Below are positions 14,597 through 29,350 of a stretch of DNA of 64,000 nucleotides, piece by piece. Made by a program: the position numbers and the translations under genes. Every line of letters starts with the position of its first letter. The stretch's first letter is position 1. The notes beneath the pieces are model-generated. The model saw only the letters and a list, made by a program, of their open reading frames with translations. It had not been told where the DNA came from and made no database searches. This stretch comes from the human T2T-CHM13v2.0 reference genome, Homo sapiens. The stretch lies in NCBI RefSeq assembly GCF_009914755.1, contig NC_060937.1; one strand, written 5' to 3'.

Positions 14597-15074
14597 AACA
14601 CTTCTGTTATAATCAATTATGGTAACAATTTCACAGCTGAAATTTTCATAATTTGAGCAGTCAGAGCGTCTTAATGCTGGCTTCTCTGTATCTTTGATTT
14701 TACTGTATATTAAAAAAATTCATTGTTTTATATTATAAAATGTCCTAGCTTCCTTTCCATTTTTTGTCCAATTCATTCTTCTCAAAAACTCATTTTCCTA
14801 ATAGTTAGGCATTGTACTTAGAAACAAAAAAAATTGCACTAGATTAGCTCGTAGTAGTACTTGGTTGCCTCTGCTTCTGTGCACTTCTCTAGACTAACTC
14901 AGAAATAAATTTAGAAGAAATTACAAGTTTACATTTCTGATTTATATGTAACAGATATTTAGATATGTTTTATTTATATTTCTTTTTTCTTACACTTAGA
15001 ACCCTGTTCCCTCAAAACATTACTATATTCACTTATTTTCTTTGGTATTTTAAATACTATTAAACTTAAATATC

Positions 15075-15219
15075 TAATGCGTGTGGGGCTTAAGACCTAA
15101 GTGATGCGTTGATAGGTGCAGCAAACCACCGTGGCACACGTATACCTTATGTGACAAACCTGCACGTTCTGCACATGTACCCCAGAACTTAAAGTAAAAA
15201 ACAAAACAAAACAAAAAAA
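15075..15219 (+). mobile_element. Very short L1PA (about PA8-PA10) 3'-end insertion
   Basis: 'gttgataggtgcagcaaaccaccgtggcacacgtatacc...acaaacctgcacgttctgcacatgtaccccagaacttaaagt' followed by an A/CAAAA tail. Confidence 0.9.
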
Positions 15220-16870
15220 CTATGAAAGTTATTTTGTCTTGTAAATATAGTCTACAAAGACTGTATAGTTTCATGTTGATATGTTATCAGAAATGATTTT
15301 ATAATTGTTTATTGTAAATTTATTGCCTATGTGTATTATCAGTTATTAAACTGTCTTAAGTTTTGTTTCTACGTAAGTTCATGTGTCTATGTTTTTGTAT
15401 GTATTAATTTAATCTTTAAATCTGTAAAATACTCTTTTAATTCAAACTCAGTACTAAAGTAAATATACTCATAAAACCTCTGAATTTTTGTTCTTAGATC
15501 ATAAATTTTGTGTTCTTTAAATTTGCAAATATGTGTGCTTAATGATATATATATTTCTCTTGCCATCAATTTTATTAGTTATAATTGCTATAGGTGTAAG
15601 TTTTGTTGTCATTCAAGTGAAAATATTTTGTTTGTTTTAATTTCAATTGTATGCAATTTTATGTTAAGTATTCATATGTTTGTGGTAGAACACGTGAACC
15701 ATACAATGATCATCAGAAATTAACTCAATTCACTCTGGCAAGTTTCATAGTTTTGTTTAAAAGTGGCGTTCTGTTTTTTTTTTTTTTTTTTTTTTTAAAG
15801 TGGTAACACATTTGGGTAAAACCCCATATGTATCCATTAAACAATTTTCAAAATATTGTTTCTCAAACCTCTATCATTGCCGTTTTGTATTTTTTAAATC
15901 TATCAAGTAATAAGTAAACATTCTTAAATGGTGGTTTTTAATGTATTTTTGGAAATATGTCATTTTTTACATTACATATTAAGAGCCATGCCATTACCTG
16001 AATAAAATTTTGAACTGATATCTCTTCCTGGTATAATAAAAACTACATAATTAAAGTCTCTCTTTATCTCTATTAAAGCTACTTGCCATCAAACCATATT
16101 ATTTTCTATTGTAAATATACTTATAAAGAAAGTTTAAGTTAATGGTAAGTTTTTTAATTTAAAAAATAAATTCTTACTGTCATTGACTTCTATGGTTGGT
16201 GTTTAAATTAAGTTATTCTTTCAATTTTCTAAGATTGTCTAAACATCTCTTTATCTATAACCTTCTGCCAATTAAATATGACTTCTGTAAATGTAGATCT
16301 TATTTTGTATCTTGCTTGTGATATATTAAGTACCTTGCATCTAAAGATGTTATCTTTTATCAATGTTCAAAAATTGTCAATTATTTATTTCTTTAGATAT
16401 TTTATTTATGATTCTGATTCTAGTTATATTGAGTTTAACTATTATTAGTCTTGCCCTCAGCATATCATCTGTATACTCTAGAAAAACTTTTAAAAATGTA
16501 GTTGAAGTCACAGGAGAGTCACCAAAAGCACAGACAGGAGATTTATCATTTGAAAAAAGGGGAAACATAATGGGTGAGTTCCAGATTTTGCTTTTTCCCT
16601 TTAGTGCATTCCCAAGTTCTTGCTGCATGAAGCAGCAAGTTGTGAAGCAAAAAAAAGACCAATCTAAAATTGTCTTGGTTTGGAATTGAGATTAGTAGAG
16701 GGTTATTTACTGTGTGGGAAGGGAACCTTTTTCAAAATAGGCATATAGATTCCTTTTACATCTTTGGCTGGCACCTGAAACTGTGCATGATTGGAAAAGA
16801 CACCAATACATCTGCCAGAAAATACAAACAACTGGGTAGAGAGAAAACTGAACATAGGTTTCAGGTGACA

Positions 16871-17418
16871 TGTACTGCAGGAGAGTTTGGAGTCTCGGAC
16901 ATACAATATTAGGAGACACAATATTAAAACATAAAAAAACCAAGCCAAGTCCAAGAAATAAGAACTTAAGCATGCTTTGGATGGCAGAGACACCTGACAG
17001 CAATAACTTAAGCATACCCAGAGAATGACCTTTTTATCTAAGAAGAATGTGTGTTCAGGGTCCTGAGCCAAGGAATCAGTGGCCAAGCAGGAGATTCTCT
17101 CCTATCTCTTAAGGACAGCCGAACTCCTGGCTCATTCCTTAGAATTCACGCCATACAGTGGTCAGGGCCTTCTGTTTTGGGTTAAATGAAGGTTGCTGGG
17201 CGGAGGTTGCTAAGTGGAAGGTGCTAAGTGAAAACTGCTGTATAAGCTACAGCTTTCAACAAACAGTAGCAGTTATCTTCTCCAGCCCACCACCACTGAA
17301 TCACCCCTGTATGTAAGTCCTCAATACACCCTACGTAGTTCACTGTGTCTAGGTCTCTTTCTTGGCCTCTCAGATAGGGCGCCATCCTTACTGGAGTCAA
17401 TAGGGATTGGGCCCAACA
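16871..17418 (+). mobile_element. LTR47-like solo LTR
   Basis: 'aacttaagcatacccagagaatgacc...tctaagaagaatgtgtgttc', 'ttttgggttaaatg', and end 'ggagtcaataggg...aca' match the remembered LTR47 consensus. TSD not resolved and 5' boundary uncertain. Confidence 0.75.
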
Positions 17419-17429
17419 GCTTTATAGAA

Positions 17430-17730
17430 CAAAATATAATTCAGAGTCTTTGCAATGTATCATTCACAATTTCCAAGTTTAAAATTAAAACAACTTTGTT
17501 TACAGAAAATCTAAATCATGTAATATATTGTCAAAAAATGTTGATTTAAAAAAAACAAAAGAATACTGAAATATTGGAATTAAGAGACAAAGATAGCAAA
17601 GGAGCTACTATAAATGTATCCAAGAACTTAAAGGAAAACATGGTTGCAATGAGTGAATTATATGCAGAATTTCAATAAAGAATAAAACCCCAAAAATCAA
17701 ATGTAAATTATTAAACTGAGAATTATAACA
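17430..17730 (+). mobile_element. Old L1M ORF1-region fragment
   Basis: 'atattggaattaagagacaaagat...gctactataaatgtatccaagaacttaaaggaaa' resembles ancient L1 ORF1 5' sequence. Confidence 0.5.
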
Positions 17731-20700
17731 GATGTATGTTATTCTCAGTTCATTTTTCCTGTTGTGAGATGGTTTCATAGATTATTACAGTAATATTATG
17801 AATGACCAAAATTATATTTAAATATCACTAATATTATGAAGGGCAGACAATGAATTATCTAATGAATGATAAAAATACTATACATGGGATAATTATTATT
17901 TTTGCCATCAGCATTTTGACCAATTCAGTTGTATGCCTACCAGAGCAAAATAAAATCAGAAGTAAAATAAATAAATAATAAATAAACAAAAACCTAGCAA
18001 ATTAAAATTACATTATATTTTCTTTTCATAAACACTATAATATTGGCATGATTGCTCTGATAATTTCTAGGGAATATATACTCATGTCATTCAATAATTC
18101 CTGAACATATATATTTCTTCTTCAAGTAATACATAATTTATCATGAGGCATACAAAAGGAAATATGCATATCAGTTCTAACTTTTACATGTTTGGAGATT
18201 CATTGAGTAAAATGTTATGTATGTGAAATAGAGTATTATGAGAAAAGTATGCAAAATATTGTATTGACTTATTATAGAGTAGCAAATTCCACTATGTTTA
18301 ATATTGCAGAGAATGACATAACTAAGGAGACAGAATTATTTCTGTGGATAAGTGGTGCAGCAATTTAAAAAAACAATGATTATATAGAAGAGTTTGCAAA
18401 TTCTCTTCTGATCATTTGATGAATTTGGTGCTTTTTTGGGGGTAGGATTTCATATATTAGATGTACTGAAATGTAGATACTCCTTCCCAACCAAAAATTG
18501 GACTTTTGAAATATTATTATTTTATTGTCTCAATAAAGAGATTTTTAAATACTATACAATAGCCTATCATTGATGATTAAACAATGATGCAAATTAGGCT
18601 TTATTAAGTTTTGTTTTACATGGCCTGTATTATATGGATCATTGTTATCATGGAAACCACTCTGTTATAATGAGAATATTCAAATCAAGACGGAAATTGG
18701 ATTAAGTTTATCAGATAAATAATAGGGAATTCTCAACATTTCAATAATAGAAACTATAATATTAATAAGAATGAAATATAAAACATTGCTAACTGCATTT
18801 TTTATACAAAATCTCATAGTTAAGTGGAAAATATAGGAAAATTTAGCTAAATATTTGAGAACTAGTATTTTATATAAATTAGGTATATAATAATTAATTC
18901 TTAATTAAAATATATTACTTAAAATTAGGCTTAATGAATATTTTTATTTTTATTAATAACCACATATTATTAACTGTATTTTATTGTAATCCAAAAAGTC
19001 CTTTCTATATTGCCTTCATAACATTAAAAAATATATATCTGATTTATCCTTTATAATTCTTCAAAATTCTACTGTATTTGCAAAATTATTTAAATTCATG
19101 TTCATTTTCTTTTTAACAGATATTTTTATGAATAAAATTTAATTCAGGGAAATTGCTTATATTCTTTTGCTTTCAGAAGTCGTAAGGATAAGACAATTTT
19201 GATGAAGCTGCAAAGTGCAATTTCTGAAGTTCCTGTGATCAGCTCACTCATCATGCATTTTTCATTTGTATATCACACATAATTCATTGCTTGTCCTTTA
19301 GAGATCCATAGTAGATCTTAGTATTTTGCTTTTATTTCCTTGTTACATGTACCCTACCATTCTCTGAATAGCATAAGATCAAAGGCAGCTTTATTAAAAA
19401 ACAGAATTTGGCACAAAATATAAAATCAATCTAGTATTATATAATACTTTCCAGCAAAGTAGGCTAATCATATCAGTTTGAGATGGCAATTAAGACATCT
19501 ATAGTGGCTTCAACTTTGTATATATCTCAGCAGCATACTTTCCTAATTCTGTGTATTAACCGACAATTGTCAACTATCAAGTCTGAATGTATATCAGTAA
19601 ATTAGGTTAAATATAGCAGACGCCTCAGAACCAAGAATTAAGATAGTCTGTTTCCCTAAATATTATATGTTTCCTTAGGTATTATATGTTTAACAAGCAG
19701 GAGCCACAATTGGACAAGTTGAAACCTCATGAAAAATTTTGATTCTGGTATCTAGATTCCAGAGTGGGAATGCACATGGAATTTGAGTATTCTTTTGGCA
19801 GTTGTCAAGTGTAAAGCCTGTGTAAAACATATTTTACCCCACATATAATAAATAAGAGTATTGAGAAAACAATTGAAGTTCAAATAACGGATAATTAGTG
19901 AATATGTACATATGTTACACGGTCTACAGGCGAAGAATTTTTCAACAATTTCAAATTTTGACTCTCTTGCAAGAAGTGTCAAGCTTGTAGAAAATAAGAA
20001 ATACATTTGATTCTGTTGGAAGAGAACAAACTGGTAGAAAAAAAGAAAAGAAGACAAACTTATAGATCCAGGAAGCCTAAATCCGTGGGAATGTCAAACT
20101 AAACATACAAACAAAAAATCCTCTTTTTAAATACTTTTAACAATATTATAACATTTTTAAGAATAAAATTATAAGTAACAAAACTGCCAAAGGTTCTTAG
20201 ATTATGACCCAGTGACAGCCAAGTCTAAGTTCCAAAATATGATATTTTTTCCCTGAACCACATAAAGTTTCTTGCCTTTCACCTATTTTCTTACTTGTTA
20301 GTTCTTTAGGAAGCTGGTTTCCTACTATCATTTTATCGAGTAAATTCTTACCCAGTTGCAGAATACTTAATACCAATCAAATGGAATGTGCCAATACAAC
20401 TTGGGGAATAATAAAATAGAGCAACAAGAACAGGTGCCAAGATGGCTCAACAGCTGAAAACCTTTAATAGAACTGTTCATCTAGCTAAGGAAATGAGGTG
20501 CCAATATCACGTAATATTACTGATGGATTTTATGACATTCTAGATAACATAGAGACCACTCTAAATTAAAAAAGTATTGTCCTTTGATTTCATATATATA
20601 AATATTCATATATTATTAAATATTCCTGGTTAATAGCATTAGTTGAAAATTATTTGTTCTGTAAATTAGTGCCAGAACAAACTAATGGGTAAAAAAATTG

Positions 20701-21208
20701 CAGTAACAATATTTCAAAGAAAATTAGAAATTATAAAAGCACTATATACATTATATATTAGTGGTATTTGTGATGAGGGTGCAAAGCCCAGACATTGCAA
20801 AGATTTATATTTAGAATTAACCTTATAGCACACCCTCCATTAAAACCATGCATGGAATTCTTAGTCAATAATTTATAAATTTAAGTTTCAAAATTTGAAA
20901 TTTTACTTTGTCAGAACACTTTAATACATTTTCACACAGTTCTTGAAATTTCTTATTAATTTTCAGCTCAAAAATGTCATTTAACTAAGTCACAATTTGA
21001 AGCCCATAACTGTCCTTCAAAACAATTGCAAAGTGAGAGAATGTTATTGTTTTAATTTCTTATTTTAGTTCATAAACTAATTAACAAATTCTCTCCTATG
21101 AATAAATACATTTTATGATGAAGGAGCAACAAGTTGTGTTTGATTCTCTTTTTGTCCATATATGTATGAAATATAACTAAAATTTTTCAACTTATTTGAC
21201 ATGAATTT

Positions 21209-21581
21209 TGTTAGAGTCCCAGTTTCAATAGGATAATTTAGTTCAGAAATCTGCTGGGAAAGGCAGTCTCTTTTGATTTTCACTTGGTCACGTAAGAATA
21301 GGTCTTGGGCCAGGGACTGGTACTTTCCACAAGATAGAGTCCTCATAGCCTGTGCTAAACTCATCATCTTGTGTGGGAATATCTTTCCCTCTGTCAGACT
21401 CAATACATTGTTCTGCTTAAGCACGGCATTGTGTAACACCTGACCAATACCACTGCTATTTCTGTCCATTTTGAGAAGGGGGCAGAGTCCTTCAGCTATA
21501 GCACAAGGGGGCATACCCACAAGCCAATTGCTGCTGGGAGGGACCCGCTGGCTATGGGTACTGAGGCTGACTTGCTTGACA
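21209..21581 (+). mobile_element. ERVL-class LTR fragment (MER54/MER74/LTR53 group; exact family uncertain)
   Basis: GC-richer island with 'ttgttctgcttaagc', 'gccaattg..gctgctgggagggacccgctggctatggg', as remembered from this LTR group. Confidence 0.5.
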
Positions 21582-21615
21582 AAATGAATAGACAGTTAAT
21601 TTAAAGATGACTTGG

Positions 21616-22150
21616 TGCTATATTCATTGCCTATAACTATATAATGAATCAACCCAAACCTCAATGTCTCAAAACACAATTATTGTCTCGTGATTTTTAT
21701 GGGTTAGAAATCTAGGTTCAACTTGACTGGTATATCTGTCTTGCCCAAGTTCTCTCACAGGCGGTGATCAAGTTTTCATACGTGGCTGTAGTCATCTCAA
21801 GGCTGTAGTCATCTCAAGGAACAACCAGTGAAAGATCTGTTTTTTGGATCATTCACAAGGTTGTTGACAGGATTCAGTTCTGAGGCTTCCTTCAGTACCT
21901 TGCCAGCCAGGTGGGCTGGGACATAAAAAAGCATATAAAATAGTGACTTACTAAATCAAAGCCAGCAAGAAAGAACAGCCAGAAAAACATTGCTGGCAAG
22001 ACCAAAGTTAACAGGGACATAAACCATAACCTAATCTCAGAAATGGTCTGATATTTCCAAACATTTTTCATGTTCTATTTGCTAGGGGTAAGTCATTTGA
22101 TTCAACACACTCTCTGGGAGAGCAGATTATACAACAGCAAGGATAGGAAT
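21616..22150 (-). mobile_element. MLT1-type MaLR LTR
   Basis: 'ggctgtagtcatctcaagg', 'gttgttgacaggattcagttc', 'ttctatttgctaggggtaagtca' are antisense MLT1E/F-type motifs. Confidence 0.65.
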
Positions 22151-22229
22151 AGAGGATGTAAACAGAAATATAAATTAAATAAATATATAAGTAAATATTG
22201 AGCTGTGTTTAAGCGTTATTATAAATGCA

Positions 22230-22970
22230 TGTACACTTACCCAGACAAACACAAGGGGGGCAAGGAAATCCAAGACATTCATAAGGTAGTATAACATTAG
22301 AAGACTTAAAACTATTCGACATCGACTCATGAAAAATTCCATCAATTACAAGTGTGGACTGAATCAAGAATTGAAAATTAAACAAATGGAACAAAATAGA
22401 GAGTCCTAAAATAGACCTGCCTATTTATCTTCACTAATTTAAATCAATAGGGCCCTGAAAATGTAGTGGTTGAAACTAATAATTTTAATAAATAATTATT
22501 TAAATTATTGATCCATAATGAAAATACCCGAATCTTATACCCTACCTCATCCACTATACAAAAATCAAGTCCTACTAGATTATAGCAACCTAAATATGAA
22601 AGATAAAACTATAGACTTTCTCCAAGATAATATAGAAGAGTCAAATATTCTTTTAAGACTAAAATAGCCATACCACTGTTTTTATAAATTGGACCATTCT
22701 AAAATTAAGCATTCCTGTTTATAAAAATATGTGGAAAATACCTTGATATTTTCTTATAAAGTTAATCATAAATTTACCATGTAATCCAGCAATCAAAGTC
22801 TTAAGTTTTTACCAAAGTGAATTGAAAATTTCAGTTCATACAAAAATATATGTGAATATATATAGCAGCTTTGTTCATAATATCTAAAACCTGGAAGTAA
22901 ATATGAGGCCCTTCATTAGGAAACAGATAGACTCTGGGTCATTTATAAAATGGCATACAATAATATTTAT
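22230..22970 (+). mobile_element. Ancient L1 (L1ME-like) ORF2 3' fragments
   Basis: 'aaatggaacaaaatagagagtcctaaaatagacc', 'atttaccatgtaatccagcaat', 'atagcagctttgttcataatatctaaaacctggaa'. Confidence 0.65.
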
Positions 22971-24594
22971 AACATGGGCATACATATGTATGCACCTTGG
23001 AGTTACTTAGCAAAGGAAGAATGCAGATTACCTAGGCTAACTTGTTAATTTAATTTATAAGAAATTGGCCACAACAGAAAAGAAAGTTTTTACCTGGACC
23101 CTTCCTCTATTCATAATATGAATCACCTAAGGATAAAATATTGACAACTTCTTAATTATAACACAAGTTTCTACAGAAGCTTTCTTTAAAAAAATTAAAT
23201 CCCATCACTATTAAAAAGAGCCTGCATTCTAGGGAAAATTGAAAAATATTAACTGTTATTTACAATAAATAAATACAGAAATACCATTGTTTCTTCTTTT
23301 GTCTAGTCTGTATTTCAAATTTTCAAAATTTTATAGAAGTTTCTAAACTCATGGCTAATTTGAAAATACACCCTAAAATTAAACAGCAGTTATGGAAACC
23401 TAACCTTATTTTATTTCTTTTTTAAGGTACTTTACTATTTTGCTCATTGTTTAAATTAAAATGGCACTGCACAGATTAACTGTTGGGTGGGAGTGCGGGG
23501 AGAGCTTAACAAAAAGATCACAATACAGATGACTTTTGTTATTTCATGGCCATTTTCATTCTGAGAGTAGAAGATACTGTTTTGATGCAGTCAGATAAGC
23601 AGTTCCCTTTGGTCAATGATCAGACATCTGTTTTTAAATTATGTATTACATCAATTGTTAAGAGTAGGATGTAAGAAATTTATTCATGGTTTGCTTTAAT
23701 AATATGTGTCAGGATTAACCCAGTGATTTTGAAAAGCATATAAACAATCATATTTCTTGGAAATGAATATTCTGAAATAACAATGGATATATCCCTGCTC
23801 ATTCAACAAAAATCAATAATTAATTCAACCATATTATGTTACTTTTCATTGTAACTAAAACTTTCAAAATGTTTTTCAAATTAAAAAATTAAAGATCATC
23901 TTGAAAGTTTTAGTTACTTCTCCTTGTACAATATGCAAAGTTGTATGTTATATATATAATTGGAAATTAAAGAGATACATATATAATCACATACTTTATT
24001 TCCTGTAGTTTTAACACAGTGACTTTGCAAATACCCTTATCAATCAAATCCATGGTACTTTTCAATTAGATAAACTTGAAAAAAATGAACAGAAGTGCTC
24101 AAAAATAAGATATCACTATTCTTAGTTTCTTTGGGCAGTGTTTAAGCTTTGTTTTTATTTCTCTTCTTTCCTTTAACATTTTCTCTTAAAGTATTCCTTT
24201 ATATCTCTTAATGTAACTTATAAAAATGTAGAAAATTTGCACTCATGGGTATTTTACACTGGTAATTATATTTCTGGTCATAATTTGTACAATTTAAACT
24301 ATGTAAACTATGACTTTACTGTGAGAGCAGGAATGATTTCCATATAAATCTATGAACTCTCCTAATAATTGGAATGGCTTTCTATACTCACACTAAACTT
24401 TATATTTTCAAATAACAGCATACCTGTTTCACAGGCACTGATAAAAATATTAATATTATTAAATAATAAACCTCCTTTTCCCACTGCCTTTTGTCTACAC
24501 AAGAAAATAAAAATGCCTCGACTGGATACAGCAATCTCTACAAAGTAATTCCATTACCTGCATTCTTAAAAACAAACAAACAAATCAAAAAAAG

Positions 24595-26880
24595 TTTAAC
24601 TTCAGGGGTACAGGTGTAGATTTGTTACATAGGTAAACGTGTTTCATGGGGGTTGGTTGTACAGATTATTTCATTACCCAGATGTTAAGCCTAGTATCCA
24701 TTGTTATTTTTCCTAATCTTCTCCCTCCTCTGATAGGCCCCAGCGTTTGTTGTTCTACTCTATGTGTCCATGTGTTCTTATCATTTAGCTCTCACTTATA
24801 AGTGAGAACACACAGTATTTGGTTTTCTGTTTTTCTGTTAGTTTGCTAAGGATAATGACCTCCAGCTCCATCCATGTCTCTGCAAAGGACATGATCTCAT
24901 TCTTTTTATGGCTGCATAGTATTCCATGGTGTACATGTACCACATTCTATGATGTATATGTACCACATAAATGCTATCATTGATGACCATTTTAGTTGAT
25001 TCTATGTCTTTGCTATTGTGAAGAGTGCTGCAACGAACATAGGCATGCATGTGTCTTTATAACAGAATGATTTATATTACTTTGGGTATCTACCCAGTAA
25101 TGGGATTGCAGGATTAAAGAGTATTTCTGTCTTTAGGTCTTTCAGGAATCGCTACACTGTCTTCCACAATGATTGAATTAATTTACACTCCCAACAGTGA
25201 ATAAGCATTTCCTTTCTCCACAACCTTATCAGAATCTTTTATTTTTTGACTTTTTAATATTAGCTATTCTGATTGGTGTGAGATGGTATCTCATTGTGGT
25301 TTTGATTTTCATTTCTCTAATGATTAGTGATGTTGAGCTTTTTTTTTCATATGATTACTGGCCACATGTATGTCTTCAGAAGTGTCTGTTCATGGTTTTT
25401 GCTCACTTTTCAACGAGGTTGCTTGGTTTTTCCCTTGTAAATTTGTTTAAGTTCCTGATAGACATTAAATATTAGGCCTTTGTGAGATGCATAGATTTCA
25501 AATATTTTATGCAATCTGTTTGTCTGTTTACTCTGTTGATAGTTTCATTTCTTGTGCAGAAGCTCTTCAATTAGATCTCACTCATTAATTTTTGCTTTTG
25601 TAACAGTTGTTTTTGGCATCTTCATCATGAAATCTTTGCACATGCCTACATCCTGAATGATATTGCCTAGGATGTCTTCCAGGGTGTTTATAGTTTTGGA
25701 TTTTACATATAAGTCTTTAATCCAGCTTGAGTTAATTTTTGTATATGGTGTAAGAAAGACATATGGCTAGCCAGTTACCCCAGCACCATTTTTTTGAAAA
25801 GGGAATCTTTTCTCCATTGTTTGTTTGTATCATGTTTGTCCAAGATCAGATAGTTGTAGGTGTGCATTCTTATTTCTGAGTTCTTTAATTCTGCTCCATT
25901 GCTCCATGTGTCTTTTCTTCCACCAGTACCATACTGTTTTAGTAACTGTAGGCCTGTAGTATAGTTTGAAGTGAGGTAGTATGATGCCTCCATCTTTGTT
26001 CTTTTTTGCTTAGGATTGCCTTGTCTATTTGGGCCCTTTTTTTTGGGGGGGGGGGGTTTCTGTTCCTGTGTTTGCTAAGGATAATGGCCTTGAGCTCCAT
26101 TAATGTCCCTACAAAGGACATGATCTCATTCTTTTTTATGGCTGCATAGTATCCCACGGGTGTAGGTACTACATTTTCTTTATCTAGTCTATCACTGATG
26201 GGCATTTAATTTATTTCATGTCTTTGCTATTGTGAATAGTGCTGCAGCAAACATACATATGCAGGTGTCTTTATAACAGAATTTTGAAACAGTTTTTTTC
26301 TAGATCTGTGAAGAATGTCAATGGCAGTTTAATGTGAATTACACTGAATATATTAGTTGCTTTGGAAAGTATGGCAATTTTAATGATACTGATTTTTCCT
26401 ATCCGTGAGCATAGAATGTTTTTCCATTTCTTTTTGCCACCACTGATTTATTTGAGCAGTGATTTGTTGAGATTTTTTACCTTCCTTGTTAGTTGTATTT
26501 CTAGGTATTTTGTTCTTTTTGTGGCAATTGTGAATGGGAGTTGATTCATAATTTGGCTCTCGGCTTGACAATTGTTGGTGTATAGGAATGCTAGTGATAT
26601 TTGCACATTGACTTTGAATCTTGAGTCTTTCCTGAAGTTGCTTATCAGCTTAAGAAGATTTTGTGCTGAGATAATGAGGTTTTGTAGATATAGGATCATG
26701 TCACCTGCAAACAATGGTGATAGAGGTCATCCTTGTGTTGATTTTCAAGGGTAATGTTTCCAGTTTTTGCCCATTTAGCATGATGCTGCCTGTGGGGTTG
26801 TCATATATGGCACTTATTATTTTGAGTTATGTTCCTTCAATACCTAGTTCATTGAGAGTTTTTAACATGAAGGGATGTTA
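24595..26880 (-). mobile_element. 5'-truncated L1PA (about PA12-PA15) with an internal re-copied segment
   Basis: 3' UTR 'ttcaggggtacaggtgtagatttgttacataggtaaac' followed by ORF2 (ORF-track 26448-26714 '[26 protein letters not shown]'). Extra segment at 26045-26280. Confidence 0.9.
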
Positions 26881-26954
26881 ATTATTTTATGTTATTTCAA
26901 AACCTGAAATATACTTTTCTTTACTCCATCTCATCTCAACAACTGATTCTTCTT

Positions 26955-27085
26955 GTCAGCTTTACTGAGTAAAGTTGACAAATAAAACTGCATGTATTTA
27001 AGGCATAGGATTTGATGTTTTTGATACATGTGTACATTGTGAAATGATCACCACTATCAAGCAGATTAACATACTTATTCTTTAA
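26955..27085 (-). mobile_element. L1MA9/10-like 3'-end fragment
   Basis: 'cagctttactgag...ttgacaaataaaactg...tgtacattgtgaaatgatcaccactatcaagc'. Confidence 0.65.
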
Positions 27086-27898
27086 ATCCCATCTTAATTT
27101 TATTCCCTTCATAAATATGTACATTCAAATAGATGAGAATTTAATAGTTTCCTTTTCTACTTATTTTCAAAATTTATGATGAGTTTATCTAACTTATTTT
27201 CAATTTTTAATAATAATTTTCAATTATTATTGGCCAAAAAACGTCTCATGACCCTACGTGTGAGGGGGTAAGACATGCATTTTTTCATTCTGCCTAGAAG
27301 TAGAGAAAAACCAGATCTTGGTGAGCGCTGGAAGTCCCTACTATAATAGTGATATCATGCACTATTTCAAACAAATCAGAACATTTAATAGTTTGGGATT
27401 TTTATACCAAATTAAAATGGCCATGTGAAGATACTTTGTAACCTAAGATGGTGAGCATCTCCTTCATGTGAAGATTTCAAGCCTAGGCAGGATGTCTATC
27501 ATTTATACGATATTTCTTCCAATTATTTAATAATTGCAAATTAACTCCAAACAAATAAGAATAAAAGAGCAGTCCACATATTTACATAATAATTGTATTT
27601 AGAAATTACTTCATTGAGAGGAAATTTTACTTTCCAACCAGGATTCTATAATTGATTTTCCATTTGCAGCCCTGTTATGTCAGATTAAAAAAAAATACTG
27701 CAAGTTCAATGTTTTTCTGAACAACTATCTCATTTATTTTAACTTCTTTAACCCAACACTTGAAAGATGCTTTTTATTTTGTTATATGAAAAATCTTTTC
27801 TTTATGCAATATAGAATCTAAGCCATGGTTTTATCCTGATTAGAATTTCAAACTTGCTAAAATGTGTGGAATATGACGAGAGGTTTTGTTACAGTTTT

Positions 27899-29350
<1,452 letters not shown>

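Noticed and set aside
16363-17086. Cluster of overlapping 80-127 aa ORFs with hydrophobic stretches
   Set aside because: Composition-driven ORFs, mostly with non-ATG starts, partly overlapping the LTR47-like element; no recognisable domain.
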